Source of the DNA: the human T2T-CHM13v2.0 reference genome, Homo sapiens
Direction: 5' to 3' (one strand)
DNA: 64,000 nt
NCBI RefSeq assembly: GCF_009914755.1
Contig: NC_060929.1
Positions 40,326-53,939 of the stretch are shown here, in pieces. Each line of letters begins with the position of its first letter. Position 1 is the stretch's first letter. The position numbers and the translations under genes are program-made. The notes beneath the pieces were generated by a model, which saw only the letters and a list, made by a program, of their open reading frames with translations, was not told the DNA's origin and searched no databases.

Positions 40326-42673
40326 CTCCCCGAAGCCCAGGCTGTTTCCCAAACTCACTCCTGGAGAAATTAGGGGCAACCCCCAGCGCTAGCTGGTTCT
40401 CAGCCACCCAGCTGGACTAGGGTACTTCACAACCTAAAAGAATGAGCCATCTTAGTCCAGAAAGATAACTGCAGTGGACTTAACAAACATTTCTAAGAGG
40501 CCCAGAGGCCTACTTTGGTAGGCAAGTACTTGCCTCTTGTTTTAAATATAATGCATTTAATCATATGTTTATATACTTTAAGTTTTAATAGCAGACACAT
40601 TTAAAACTGGCAAATGCATTTCCCAAAATGAAGTAATCAGCTAAATTAATTACACCATATTAATGTGTGTATTATGTTTAATGATTTTGTTTTTCTAAAT
40701 TTAATCTTGTCTGGTATTAATATCATGATCTCTTACTTTTTTGTTTGTTTGCATCTACCTCATAAAACTTAGCCTATCATTTCATTTATTTATTTATTTT
40801 TTCCAGATTAATTGCTTATAGATGTGCCATTCAAAGCCCAGCTTGAGGCTTTGTATTATGAAAGACAGTGTAGCTTATTGGTTAAGAATATTGATTTTGA
40901 TATAAACGCACTGTGTCACTACATTTTTGGTTTTTACCAAAAATATTTTTGTTGTAAAGATCAATTTCAAATTGAGATTAAATTCATTTTTGCACAGTAT
41001 CATTTCCATAATTTCAAATATTACAAGGTTACTGTGTTAAAAGTGTGCATATCTGAAGTATACTAGAAACTTTAAAATACAGAGTAATTGCATTAGAAAG
41101 ATCATATCCATTAAGTAGAAAGGCAAAATATTAAGTTCATGTATATTAAAATGTTTATATTTAATAAAAAGCTAAAAGTTGAACACAGACAAGAATTGCA
41201 TTTATATATTCCAATATTTAAAAGAAAAATACAAACTCTACCCTTTGTAGGAAGAATGTCTGTTCACATGCTGCTTATTTGCCACCTAGTTGGCTCTCAT
41301 TGGCTATGTGACTTTGTACAACTTACTTAACCTTCTATGCCTTGGAGTATTTCTAAGCAAACTAGAAATATGATAACATATTATAAATTTTTTTTTGCTC
41401 ATTTTTGGTTTACTTTTTTCTTCTTTTAAAAATGAAGATTAGATGAAGTAAAGCATTTACTTACAACCACATCACATTTTTGTTCTATAGCAGTTTTAAG
41501 TGTTATTACCTATTTACCTCTGTAACCATAACTTTGTGTATCAGAATCCTATACTGCTTTTACAGCACCTATTACATCTTTTTTAAAGCAAAAATAAAAA
41601 TTAGCATTTTTAATTTTCCCTCCTTCTGCTTCTTCATTCAATTTAAGATTATGTTATTTTAAAAGATGTATTTTTATTGTTAAATATATGTAAAGCTCAT
41701 TTATTTGATTTATCAATTTGTCTTTAACTCTCATCTGTTAAGAGATAAATCTGTGTACTAACATAACTTTCCTCCCACCTTCCTCTTCCAACTTACTCAG
41801 CTAAATATTTAAATTTTGCATTGTGCAAAAAGTTATACTTATTATCCACATTTTTATACCTTTGATTTGTAATAAAATGCAATACATATTTATCTTCAAT
41901 TATTTAGAGATAATGCTTTTAATTTATTATTTAAATACTTTAAGAAAGTTTTATAGTAGTAATTATTCTTAATTTCTGGTCTGTAGTAGAAATTAGAAAT
42001 TATTTGTTGGCATTATGATAAAACTACAGATGGTTTGGACATCCATTATCTTATACCATTAAATGTTACTGTAAAGTAATGTAAGCCAGCCTGATTGTTT
42101 TCTCCATATGTAACTTGATTGTCTTGCCTATTTAACCAAACAAGCCTACTTTGAAGTTGAGCGATTTTATGAGACGATATGCTAGGGTAGACCACATGAG
42201 TCAAATTTGTCTAGGCCACAATATGTCCTTTTAGTCTGTAAACCCAAATAATTTTTATTTCTGGAAATATTTACTTGAATTACATTTATAAACTTCTGTA
42301 TAATTATTTTAATTTTCTTCTTTGGGAAAAACTACTCTGTGGCTCTTAGATTGCTGATTGTATATAAGAGTCTCATTTTTTCTCTAATACTTTTAAATAC
42401 TTTATGTGTTTCCATTTTATTTTGCTTCCTTTTCTGCTTTCTATCATTTATCATCTAGATCTTTTATTTTCATCAGTTTTGGTTTTTGTCTCATTCTTCA
42501 TAAGTACCTTTTTTTGAAAAAAAATTGAATTTTTTTGTTTTTCCTTTTCTCCTAAATGTTGAGTTCTTCTATATCTGATAGTTTTCTTATTATCTGTATA
42601 ATTTAATTATATAATTATATAATTTATAAATTATATTGCTATATAGTTTTATTTTATTAAGAGAGAATTAATC

Positions 42674-42822
42674 TTTTTTTTTCTTTCCAAGAGGCAGAGT
42701 CTTGCTCTTTTGCCCAGGCTGCAGCACAGTAGTTATTCACAGTCATGAACGTAGGACACTGCAGCCTTCAACATCTCAGTCTTCTGAGTAGTTGGGACTA
42801 TAGTGATGCCATCACACTGGGC
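42674..42822 (-). mobile_element. FAM fossil Alu monomer
   Basis: Monomer with FAM-type 'cagtagttattcacag' segment. Confidence 0.7.
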
Positions 42823-43499
42823 AAAATTTTATCATTCATATATTTGTTTTCTGGTTCCTTTCCCCCATTTTTGGTAAATATTCTGTGCTGATTCTCCTTT
42901 GATTGCTCATCTGAATAAAATGAATCTGGGGGAGGAGATCCCTTTAGATTTTTATCAATAAGGACAAGGTTATATCTTTATTTCCAGTTTGAGTATGTGG
43001 TTTTGTTTCTGTGTGTTTGTGTGTGTTTACTTCTCCCCATCAATAGATATAGGCAGACAGAAGGCAATATTGATTTAAATGTCTCCTCATTGCTCTCACT
43101 AGTCTTTTAGACATATGGTTGTTTTGAATAACATATATGTGACCTAAGTGATTTTCCCCTTCAGCTACTTCATGCCTATTCTTTCAGTATTGTTCAAGTT
43201 CCAGAGAATTTGTCAATGTGGCAAACAAGTGTTTTTGTTTTCCCTCATCTTAGATAATTTTACTTTGTCAGATTTTTCAAGAACTGCAGCCAAAAGCAAA
43301 CTTCCTCCTTTTTTACTGAAATCACTGTTCTTGGGAACCTTTCCATTATTTTGTTATTTGGTAACTTGTTACTTTTTCAAAGATAGAGTTAATTTTGTGT
43401 ATCTTCTCCTTGGTTTGGTGTCGTTTCCAAGGTAAATAGAAAAAAAAATGCTAACTGTAAGCTTTTAAACTTGTGCCAATTATTAAGCTGTTGTCTCTA

Positions 43500-44000
43500 A
43501 GTTCTAAATTCATTTAACACTCTGTTCTGTGATGCTGTTGTGTTGTTGCTGGAACTCTGCAATCTAATTTTCTCTGAACCAGCTGGCTTCCTATTAGGTT
43601 CTTTCAATAGCAGGTGCTGGAGGCTGACACACAGTCAGGAGTGGAAAGATAAGACTTACTTCTTTTGTGCTGTCTCCTTGTTTCCAGTTGGCATACTCTC
43701 ATTATCAGGATTGCATCCTCAGCAAAAGCAGTTGGTTCTAATTTTCAGTTCCCAGGACCAGCTTAATTGCATTCTCTTCTCAGACCTAAAGTCTCTAGAC
43801 TTTGTAGTTATCCACTGCTAAGTTCCCAGGGTGCCAAAAGCAACTGACCACTGGCCTTTTCTTGGAAATCTGGGTACTAGCTACAAGGCATGCTTTCTCC
43901 ATGTTTCTAAGTTCTGATTCGAAACCTTTCCTTTGTTTTTCAACCCCATGGCTGTTAGCTGCTTTCAGAATATTCCGAAAGGAACTTGATTGATGTAACC
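43500..44000 (-). mobile_element. LTR33-like ERVL LTR
   Basis: 'ggaactctgcaatcta..ccagctggcttcctattaggttct..caatag'. Confidence 0.55.
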
Positions 44001-46802
44001 TTCAAAACATGTCTCTCCTTAGTTTAAAGAAGTAGAATAGAATGTTGTCTCACCCATTAACTGTCCATGGTAGATACCATGGAGGTAAATGCAAGAAATC
44101 CTTGGTCCCTAGATCAGTTAGAATCCTGCATCCTCTTTATAGAATGGAGATAAGACTGGTTCTGTAAGGAATTATTTTTCTTTTTATAGGATAAAAGACT
44201 CAATAAGAAATTAAGTACTAGGCCATAGAATCTGCATTGAGATTGTCACCCACACTATTATCTCATATACCACCCATGTGATACCTCCCTTTGCTAACCA
44301 CTAGATTAGAAGGACCATGTGTCTAGTAGAGATTTCTTTACCTATGATATCTGATCATTTCTTAGCAAAAGAGAAGTGATACCTCTAAATTGCTAAGATT
44401 ACAATGATATAATCCTTCTAATGTCCTGTACTTGGTGTGTTGCCAGCGCTATTTTGTTAATTCCACTTTCTAATTCAGGCTTACACTTTGCCCTCAGGCT
44501 ATCTTCAATTCTAACTTAAAATTTCAGGCACAGCACACACTAGCTCCTCAATATAAAATATCAAAAAAGTTTTATCCTGGATTTTTAAAATTTCTATAAA
44601 ATTATCAACTAGCATTCATCTAATAAGGCTACATTTTGAAGACTTTGTTTACTGAGCACCGTGTACCTGGTGCTGTTGTCTTCACTGAAGATAAAACTTA
44701 ACAAAACCCAACAAAATCCACGACCTCTAAATTACACAGCCACAATGCAAAGAGATGCTTCAAAATTAAGCCAATTACCATGCATGTGATATTCCACTAA
44801 AATTGAGAAGCAGTGAGCTAACTAATCTGATGACTAACTAATTTTTGATGTCTCCATTCAGGGAAGTAGATTCAGCCGTCTATCTGGATAGTTTAGTATA
44901 TGTTCAAATATTGGTTTATGTTGACATATCTGAATTTTTTTGTCCCAAATATCAACTGGTACAGAAAATTGGTTGACTGTTATATTTAGTAAGATTGAAA
45001 CCTTTATACAAATCTTTTTCAAAACTAAAAGTAAATTACACTGTGATTACAACACAAGTTGAGTCGCTTCTGATGGTCAATCCTAACACCAGATATAGAA
45101 TAAGAGAAGAGAAGACAAATGCTTAAAGACTTACTGCACTACCATGTTTAATAGAAAAAATCCTAATATGATAGAAATGGTTTCTGAAGCAAATTGATAA
45201 AGAGTGGTATAGAAACATAATAAATTTAGTATAAAGAAGGCTACGAACTAGAATTTTTAAATCTTCATGGCAAAATAAAACAGGAATAGTGTTTTAATTT
45301 TTTTCATAACTTTCAATAAGTTGTTTTACAATTATGATTTCTATATGAGGTGCTTTATTTTAGAGCATTTTTGATTCTTATGGTTGGAAATGGATTAAAA
45401 CTTTAAATAATATTTAGGGTGTACCATCTTCTTATCTCAGCTGCTTGCTGGGCATGCCGTCTGAATACTCATTATGACTTGGCAGTTACCCACTGACTGC
45501 AAGTTCAGATTTATGAGGAGGCAACAATCCAGCTCTGTTTGTTTGCCTTTGGTTCAGCAGTCTGTTCCTGTGGTGATTTCCACATGGCATACATGCAGGA
45601 AGGTCAAGATCATCTTGATCCAGGGATTTAGAGTCTAAAATATTTATAAGAAAAAAAAAACCCACAATTCATAGTCCTTAGAGAAATACAAGACATAGCA
45701 TTATTTGGAAGATGTTGTCCTAAAATAATTAAATTCTTATTCAAAGCAAAGCTATTAATCATTGCAGAAAATATACACCATGAAGATTAGAAGCTTGCCT
45801 ATAGGTGTCACTGCTATGAGTATATAAAAAAATATGGTTACTCAGAAAGACATTATACTTCCAAAATATTTTAAAATATAAAAATAGATTGTAGGCAAGT
45901 CTAATTAATTGTATTATTATAAAGAAGCAAATAATGTGCATGCATAGAAATGATGGGTTTACTTTATGTGGAAAACAGAATACAACCAATATAAAGAATG
46001 GGGGCAACTGTGGATGAGTTAAGATGGAAAGCTCATCCATAGCATCTGAACCATCTGACAGCCATTCAGTATCTCTAGGTTGCCGGTTGTATTTGGGACT
46101 TGCCAAGAAGCCAGATGCTCTCATGGCTTTCCATCATATAGTAATTGCTCTCCAAAGAACAAAAAAGTATAAATGTGAGAATAATGTTATTTTACTACAT
46201 GTTTGAAATATTTTTAGTTTTAGTAAATTCTGATATAAATTAAAATACTTAATAACAATATATTTTTTAAAAGTTAAACCTATATATATTTCCAAGACAT
46301 GAATCTCCTATAGAGTCTTCAACATTTTGAAGTAAATAGGTGAAGGAAAATGGCCTAGGATATCAATACAATCTGTGGATTTACATTCATAAAATTTTCT
46401 AAGGGAGCTGAGAAGAGGCTTAATGTTACAGAGGTGAAGAATAATGGCACCATGTATTCAATGTTAACTTCATAAATGTTTATTTTTTGAATGAATGAAT
46501 CTTAACTGAGATGACAAACACAATTCGAACTGTTATCTCCACCACAGAAAGGGACTTTAGAATGGAAACTGGAACCTTGATATTTTCCACAATATAAAGT
46601 TAAGTTTGCTATGGGTGTGGGAATGAGGATAAGAAAGGAAACTGAGGCTAGGTGGAGCATCCTGACAGGTCCAAAGTGATGTAGTAAGGAGGTATTTTGT
46701 CACCACTGGCCAGTGGACCACTTTTATTTCCTGAAACATTTCATACAAAATTTGCCTCTCTGAATACCTGATATTTTTGGCTCCTTACTTAGTTTCTCTC
46801 TT

Positions 46803-46810
<8 letters not shown>

Positions 46811-46835
<25 letters not shown>

Positions 46836-46851
46836 AAATACACACACACAC
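46811..46851. repeat. (CA)n microsatellite
   Basis: Direct inspection. Confidence 0.9.
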
Positions 46852-48034
46852 TTTTCTGTCTATCTACTCAGCTCACTCCTCAGTATAAGCTCCGTGTCAA
46901 TCCAGTTTTAGGCAAAAGTTAGTGAGGATACACTTACGCATTTAAGAACTGTCATAAATTTGGGAATTAAACTGACAATACACTCTAAGCAAATTCCTCC
47001 TCCTCACAAACAACAGCAACTCACATGCAAGCTTCTGTACAAAATTAGTGGGCTCTCTAACCTAAAAGACCACAGAGATGTCCCTTATATTTTGGACTAG
47101 ATAAGAATCATAGGTCTTTAGCACAAGAAAAGGGGAAAGGCATTCCCAAAGCATAACCAAATGTGAGTTTCTTGCCAAGGCGTCAGATGGGTGGCTCAGT
47201 GTAGGTTAAAGATATTCATCAAGTAGGGGGTACAGTATCCATGTCAGAATGTATGATCAGTATATATGCATCTCTGTTAGTACTATAATACACACTTTCC
47301 TTGTTTCTTATGAATACTTGCATGCCTGTATTTTGATATTACTGCTAATTTTTATTTAAATTGCAATTGAAGTACAAGGAAAAGCGTTTGCATTTGAGCA
47401 CTTGAGTCATTTAATACTGGACAGGATATCGTCATATATTTTAAGAGTGATGTAAAATTATTGCATAAGGGAATAAAAGTTTTCACTGAGGTCTAGAAAT
47501 ACTCAGTGAAAAGTCTCTGGCATGTACCAAATAATAGATGTTATTAATTTTTAGATGTTATTTTTAATTTTTATAAAAATAAGAGGTAACATAGCATTTT
47601 AGAAGGGTATATAATCCATACTAAAAAAATGAGCTTCCAATTCTGGCCATAAAGTTTTTATTAAATATAACAATTCTCACCAAGGATTGATACATGATTA
47701 AATGTAAAACTATATTTTAAATGTTTTAGAAACAAAATGCAGTACGCATAAGTACTACTTATAGCTAAAAAGTCACAATCTCTCTGATTTATTTTTCTTG
47801 TCTGTAAAGCAGATCTGAAAAATCTCTAACCCTTGGCTTACATTTTATATTCTTCCAAAATACTATTTTTATTTTTCTTAATTGTAAAAAAGTTCACAGG
47901 ACTTTAGAAAAATATAAATAATATAGCAACAAATAACAAATAAATAATCATGTTTATTCCATCCAGAACTAATCCCTGTACCTTTTTGGTAGTCACATGT
48001 TCAGATCTCTCTCTCTGTATCCACAGATTGAAAT

Positions 48035-48982
48035 ACTGTTCCCAAGTATTACTCTGCCCTTCATTCCTATGTAAGTCAAGTTGTCATGTCATTTGCAGCT
48101 TCTCCTGTGGGTGAGCATACACGGTTGCCTCATTGACATTTTGTTTATCCAAGAGACTTGCTTTGGCCAATGGTGTGTGGATGGACATTATGTACACCTT
48201 GTCTGTACATAATAGTGTTGAAGCATTGTGTATTTTCTGCCTGCTCTCTTGCTCTTTTCCCTATTCAACTAGAAACGAATATCTGATATAGCAGCCTCTT
48301 TTTCATGTTAGGTCCCAGAGTCCTGGAATGAGAAGAAAATCGAATAGAAATCAATAGAACTCATGCTATACAGAATTCTAAGATGGTTCCCATAACCTTT
48401 ACCCCTGAGGTTACTCCCATAAATATGTTATGGTACAAGGTGAAGGGATTTTGAAGACAAAATGGTTTCTAATCAATTGACTTTAAGATAGGCAAGTTAT
48501 CCAGAAAGACCTGACCTAATCATATAAGTTCTTCAAAAGTAGAGAGATTTTTTGTTGTTGTTGTTATTCTGACATGGTAGAAGAAGAAAACAGAGAGATT
48601 CAACTTGTGAAAGAAATTCAATGTAAAGAAGCTTCCCTACTGCTGAGGTGGAAGAGGCCACAGAGCAAGAAGCTGAGAGCAGCCTCTTGGAGATGAGAGT
48701 GGTCCTGGCTAGAAAGCCAGCAAGAAAAAGGGGACTTCAGCCCTACAACTCTAAGGAACCAAATTCTACCAAAAACCTGCATGAACTTGGAAGCAGATTG
48801 TTTTACTGAGCTTCCAGATTAGAACCTAAACTGGACAGGACCTGGCCTAAGCAGAGAACACATCTGAGCAACCTTGAGCCACGTATGAACACATTTGTGA
48901 CCTATAGAACTGTGAGATGATAAATAAATGTGGTTTTAAGGTACTGCAGTGGTGATATTTGTTACTCGGTAAAAAGTAATAA
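48035..48982 (+). mobile_element. MLT1 LTRs: MLT1G/H-like fragment (48035-48360) then MLT1E-like LTR (48364-48982)
   Basis: 'gacttgctttggccaatgg'; 'cagaattctaagatgg', 'ttgactttaagatagg', 'gaactgtgagatgataaataaatgtggttttaag'. Confidence 0.75.
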
Positions 48983-51882
48983 AAAAGAAAATACAGAGCT
49001 ACAGCAACCAGCCCACTGCCACCAACACAAAACATAAATAAGAATATTGTAATAAACATGAGGGCTAGTTTGTTACTTCAAAGACCCGATTAATGTATCT
49101 TGAAATCACACACAAACACACACACAGTGCTTTAGTGCCATTGTATAAATTGTATCATATTGAAAATACTTCTTTATCTTTTAACTTATTTAATGCTTTG
49201 CAATTTCACTTATAAGCAAGTAAATGTGGAAATGTTTTATGCCAATTAAAGTGTACCCACAATACCACTTCTATTGGCTGTGTGGTTTTACATTGTGTGG
49301 AAGTACAATACACTATTTTCTTTAAACAAACACTGCTTTTAAAAAAAATCCTATTGAAGGAAGTTTTAGGTTGTACAACTCTTCATGGTTCAAGAAGAGC
49401 CAACATCTTTTGGTATAGATAATATTTTCACACTTGTGTCCTTCAGAATGATCCTACTAATATATAAACTTTAAATTACGTTATTGTAATCCTTTTGTTT
49501 AAAATTGTTACAACTTTACCATTTTTACACATATACACATCTTTTTGTACCTTTGGAAGTTTATAAAGTCAAATGTTTCTAGATATCTTTCATTTTGTTT
49601 TCTAAATTGATTGTCCATCATCTTAATGCATAATTGAAAAAAATATAAATTTCAAGAAATAATGTTATTCTAGTAGTCATTCTTTTTTGTACCGTCTACA
49701 TTTTTCCATTGGTATTTCAAACAGTACTTGGAAAATCCAAAATTTAAAGCCAGAGCAGCTGTTCAGCAAATGTTCACAGAAGCCAACAGGCTAGTGTGCT
49801 CTCAATAGGTTTGTGTAACAAATAACTGCAAAGTTGTTTCTGCATAAATGAGAAGTTCATGGCCAACTAGGAAGTTTACATGTGTAATTTAGGTCTAGCC
49901 CTGGAAAAAAATGGCTTAGAATGTGCAAATCTGTTGTATATAGTGAGGCAAAGTCAGGATAACCATGGAGGCAATGATGAGTTCAGAACATTTTTCATCT
50001 GGATAATTTAAGGTACTGGCTTGAGTTCAACATCATTAATTACCATTTTCCTCAGTAAATTGTTTACAGTTCCTTTGAGGCAAATATTATTTTCTCTGTT
50101 CAAATCTTATGAGCCTGATTAGAGTACACTAAGCTGCCTTTTTTCTCTGTACAGTGGATGTCTACATACCATAATGTTGTTTGTACACTGTGGAAATTGT
50201 ATGACGTATTTGTAGATGTTTTTTTCCCAGAATGAAAGACATTGCTGAGCATGCGGAGAAGGATGTTAAAAGTAGCAATATGGTAAATAAGTGATTCCCA
50301 TTGTCTGACTGAATTGTTTTATTTTAACTGATAATTTACTATTAGTAACTATATTTTAAGTGTTTTCATCTGAACGAACAAACAAAAATTGCTTTAAAAA
50401 CCATCTAATCTTTAGAAAATGTAACCTGCATGTAAAACTTGTATTCTTGGCCAAACTAAGTAGCTCTGCAGCATTTCCTGCTACTGGAAGTAAAGTCCCT
50501 TTCTGAAGAAGAGACTAATAATTATATAATGCCAGTGCTACCTGCTCTGTTTGCTTGATTGCTTTTTATCAGTAGGGGTTTGAAACAGAAAGGCAATAAA
50601 TGAAGTTGTGAACTTTAAACCTCATTGTATGAAGAAAAATCGTATCTTAGGACCTAAATTTCAATGGCATACTTTATTTTATAATTGTAGCTATGTAAAA
50701 ATGCCTAACAACTATGAAAATTTAGGATACCTGCCTGTAGAATATTTTAATGTCCAAGTCCATGAATTTTTGGCTATGAAAACCAAATACACAGAGACCT
50801 CAACTTACAGTGATTCTGTACAGCACTTTAACTTCGTCAATATTATTCTTTATGACACAATAGGCAGCTAGAACATAACATATCATTCAGCTAATTCTGA
50901 GGAAATAGCAAGGCAGGAAATTGTGAGATGTTCATAATTTCATTTTTAAAACATCAAGTGGCCACAAGTTTCCATAAAATTCCCCAAAAAGCTACTTGTT
51001 GAAGCTTCACCAAGAATTCCTTTAGAATTCCATGGCTTTGATAATAATGCACCTCATTTTATGATTTGTTCTAATGAATAGGGATGAAATTTTAAAAATA
51101 TATTTATGTGAAAGATGGTGAGTCTGTATGATATTAAGTATTATTGTATGCGAATGATGTTGATTGTTTCTCATATGAGGAAGGGAGATTGAGATCTAAG
51201 CCATAGACAGTTATAAAGATAGACAAACTCAGCAATAGTCAGTCTCTTGACTTCTGTGTTTTTATCTACTTCTGACACAGATGTCCTTGTGGGTCCTTGA
51301 AGTTACTTTCTTAAAAGAAAATTTGGCCCTTATTTCTTTTTTCCTATATTGGTAAAACCAGATACATTTTTTATGACTGCTATTTAATTATATAAATAAT
51401 GGATGCATCTGTTCATTTTTGTGAAAAATTGGGAATAAGTTCCTTGATATGAACACAGATTTTAATAATATCCCTCTGTGTAAGTCTTAATTTATTTTGA
51501 CTTTGAATACTTTTTTGAGATACGTAACTCACATATGGAGAATATCTGTTCTCCTTCTAAAGCACTGTAAAGATAAGACCATCAATAAAATCTGCCATTT
51601 ACTTTTAAACAATAACCTCATGCCAAGTAGAATAGAAAAGACTGCATGGCTTTGAAAAAATCTATTCAATTAGTATTTATTGTCTATTATGTGTCAGTTA
51701 TTGAGGTGATCCCTGTAGAAAAAAATAATGAACAAGCTCTTCTTTATTTTAAGGAAGCTTACCACTTAGCTGGGAAGGCAGGCATTACAATGTAACTTCA
51801 AATTGGTTAATATAGTGATAGTGTAGGTAGTGGTAAATGTGGAGTGCTGTGGGAACCAAAAAGAGGGCATTAAACCTATTAT

Positions 51883-52211
51883 GATTTTTGTTTTAATTCT
51901 TTCCTTAGATTTTGGGGAGCAGGTGTTATTTGGTTAGATGAGCAAGTTCTTTAGTGGTGATTTGTGAGATTTTGGTGCACCCATCACCCAAGCAGTATAT
52001 ACTGAAACCAATTTGTAGTCTCGTATCCTTCACCCACTTCCTACCCTTTCCCCCTGAGTCCCCAGAACTCCATTGTATCATTCTTGTCTTTGCATCCTCA
52101 TAGCTTAGCTTCCGCTTATGGGTGAGAACATATGATGTTTGCTTTTCCATTCCTGAGTTACTTCACTTAGAATAATAGTCTCCAATCCCATCCAGGCGGC
52201 TGCGAATGCCA
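51883..52211 (-). mobile_element. L1PB1-like 3' end inserted in an L2 remnant
   Basis: 'agttctttagtggtgatttgtgagattttggtgcacccatcacc'; TSD TAAACCTATTAT at 51871-51882 and 52212-52223. Confidence 0.9.
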
Positions 52212-53939
52212 TAAACCTATTATTGTAAATTGTTGATAAGAGTTGTGTTCAGCAAAGTGATCAGAGAGGAAGAGATATTTATACTGACTTGAATAATCAT
52301 ATTATATTTACCTATTTACATATTTCATGTTACATAGGTCAAGAGGAGCAGGGAATAGGGGAAGACAGTGACAAAGACGGCTCCAGGAAGAGAAAAGAGC
52401 AAAAAAACACCCTTAGATGTAATGTTCTAGAACAATGGAGAAGATGTGGACTTGAAACACAGTCTTCAAACTGCCTTATCATTTTCTTTTACTATGTCTT
52501 AAAACTAATTATTTATTGTTTTATAATTTCCATTATATATTATTGTTTTGTTTTTTAGTTTCATATTCTTATGGTCTCCATATTATCAAGCTATTGTCTT
52601 TAAAGCCAGAAAATAGAGATAAGACTGAGGAAATATAAGAATTATGTAACCATAAATTCTAACTCTTTGACGTTTTAAAAATAAGTATAATTTAATCAAC
52701 ATGTTGATTTTTTAATGAGAAAAGATGCACTGAGTTCCATCTGAGAGACAATTAAGATTTTAGAATATATCTTGTCATTAGTAACACTGGCAAATAAACC
52801 AATAAGACATTTACCATGATGTAAATATTTCTAATAAGTTACCTTGGAATCTCGTCAGAAAAACAAAACTACCACAGTAGTTCCTGCTTATTTCCTTTCT
52901 CTAAGAAACACACTCAGGGATAAACCAGCAGATTTCATATCTGTTATGCATAGTACCTTGACTATCAGAAAGAAAAGAAACGCTGGATAAGTACTCATTG
53001 CTTGACTGAATATGGTCTTATAAATAATTTAGGAGTTTACTACTAACATCTCTTTCTAGATCCACCCAAGATAAAGACTATAACATTCTGATAAACACAC
53101 AAAAGCCCCACACTAATAGGCATATTTATTATATATTTTTAAAAATCAGTAAGTTGATGTCACTATGCTGTTAATGTTGAAAAATAATTTATTGTTCACA
53201 TTTCTTGACATGTACTTACTATGCTATCCCTGATACTTCGGGAAGCCACTTTTGTTCCTAAAGATAGAAGAGCTTTATTTAATACAGGTGGAGCAGTAAT
53301 TATGATCAATGTAAATTTCCAAGCACAGATTGTGCAAGCTGCTGGTGCTGGCAGTGTGCTTTGTGTGTATGGATGTCCATGTGCCAAATGTTGTATCTAT
53401 TAGTCCAGAGACATCAGCAGGATTGGACATCAGCTGAATATGGCATAGTGAAAAGTAAATAGGAGCTCAGTATATTATCTTAAGATTCAAAATCAGTATG
53501 AAAAATTAAATGAATGAGATAAAAAATGATTGATGAAATGAAGTTTGCATAAATTTTACCTTTTATATCAAATGCCCCTAGAAATTCAAAATCATTATCA
53601 CTTAATTATATAATTTTCCACAGTTTTTGTTCTTGCTTTGTGTAAATTCTATAGCATTTTGAGAAATACCAAAATCTGGAATAATGTAAGAAAAGATTCT
53701 TGTGGGATAACTAAAATGATAGAGTGAAATTGATACATGAAACAATAACATGCGAGTAATACATGCAGAAATACATACACATGCTTAATAATGAAATGAA
53801 GGCTGGTGAATTTATGCATCAACATGTGAGCTCCAATATTATGAGTACTGTTAAAGCTACTTTTATTCTCCCCACAATCCCATATATAGTCTGGGTGCAA
53901 ATATGTCAGTTATAGCTGTTGAAAGTAACTTCCATAAAT

